From Opitutales bacterium (GTDB taxonomy: Bacteria; Verrucomicrobiota; Verrucomicrobiia; Opitutales; PNEW01): 64,000 bases of DNA. The DNA lies in contig CBDANS010000005.1 of the NCBI GenBank assembly GCA_965197745.1, positions 288,001-352,000 of the forward strand. The letters are read 5' to 3'. A program made the translations under genes and the position numbers. The notes beneath the pieces were generated by a model. It saw only the letters and a program-made list of their open reading frames with translations, ran no database searches and was not told the origin of the DNA. Positions 63,228 through 64,000 of this stretch are shown piece by piece. Numbering within the stretch: the stretch's first letter is position 1; every line of letters begins with the position of its first letter.

Positions 63228-64000
63228 ATGGCAAAGGCAACATTCGAAAGAACAAAACCGCACGTAAATGTGGGAACCATCGGTCATGTCGACCATGGCA
63301 AGACCACCCTCACGACGGGCATACTCAAGGTTCAATCTGAAAAGGGGTTGGCGGAATTTAAATCCTACGCAGACATTGCCAAAGGCGGGACGGTGCGTGA
63401 TGAATCTAAAATTGTCACCATCGCTGTAGCTCACGTTGAATATGAGACGGAGAATAGGCATTACGCTCATGTTGATTGCCCGGGGCATGCTGACTTTGTC
63501 AAAAATATGATAACGGGTGCCGCGCAAATGGATGGTGCTATATTAGTAGTCAGTGCTTCCGACGGGCCTATGCCACAAACACGTGAGCATATATTGCTCG
63601 CCCGGCAGGTTAACGTACCCAGTCTCGTTGTATATCTTAACAAGGTAGACCTTGTCGATGATGATGAGTTAATCGAACTGGTTGAAATGGAAATTCGAGA
63701 TCTGTTAAATAAGTATGAGTTTGATGGGGACAACATTCCTATAATCCGCGGTTCAGCGCTTGCTGCCATGGAGGGCAAACCTGAGGGTGTGGAGTCCATC
63801 GCTCAGTTGATGGACGTTATTGACGCAAACATTCCAGAACCCGTCCGTGATATAGATCAACCATTTCTTATGTCGGTTGAGGACGTTTTTTCCATAACTG
63901 GACGTGGTACCGTCGCGACAGGGCGAATTGAACGTGGTAAAGTCAAGGTCGGTGAAACGATTGAGATTGTAGGCCTCACTGATACCACCAGTACGGTTTG
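63228..64000 (+). CDS. tuf: Elongation factor Tu (partial, runs off the window end)
   Basis: Manual translation: [57 protein letters not shown]. Not in the ORF track because there is no stop in the window. Confidence 0.97.
   Translation, partial: MAKATFERTKPHVNVGTIGHVDHGKTTLTTGILKVQSEKGLAEFKSYADIAKGGTVRDESKIVTIAVAHVEYETENRHYAHVDCPGHADFVKNMITGAAQMDGAILVVSASDGPMPQTREHILLARQVNVPSLVVYLNKVDLVDDDELIELVEMEIRDLLNKYEFDGDNIPIIRGSALAAMEGKPEGVESIAQLMDVIDANIPEPVRDIDQPFLMSVEDVFSITGRGTVATGRIERGKVKVGETIEIVGLTDTTSTV

Noticed and set aside
63207..63799. Minus-strand ORFs of 106 and 110 aa
   Set aside because: Antisense shadows of tuf.

Overview
Bacterial chromosomal window, most likely Verrucomicrobiota/Opitutia. 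This is inferred from the PVC-type EF-Tu switch-I motif IAKGGTVRD, a nusA-infB-rbfA-truB-ribF operon without rimP, and a MoxR-Bat operon. Core blocks: MoxR/DUF58/BatABCD, nusA-infB-rbfA-truB-ribF, surA-mfd-rnc-parA, ffh-tadA-infA-pilD, pntAB, TPR-ExbB-ExbD, and tRNA-Thr-tuf. Two accessory regions stand out. (1) After tRNA-Cys lies a ~16 kb co-oriented block: a TonB-dependent receptor, a single-module reducing type I PKS (KS-AT-DH-ER-KR-ACP, no TE), and a complete phcB-phcS-phcR-phcQ-like cassette resembling the Ralstonia fatty-acid-methyl-ester quorum-sensing operon. It is a candidate PKS-fed quorum-sensing system. The receptor and the PKS each carry one in-frame TAA, while the methyltransferase and sensors are intact. 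(2) Between a type IV pilin gene and tRNA-Thr(CGT) lie three tandem TPR-sulfotransferase paralogues, one with a recent 204-bp TPR expansion and one with an in-frame TAG. They form a candidate pilin/surface sulfation cassette. No CRISPR array, rRNA, transposase or integrase was seen. All family assignments come from motif recognition by eye; no database searches were run.
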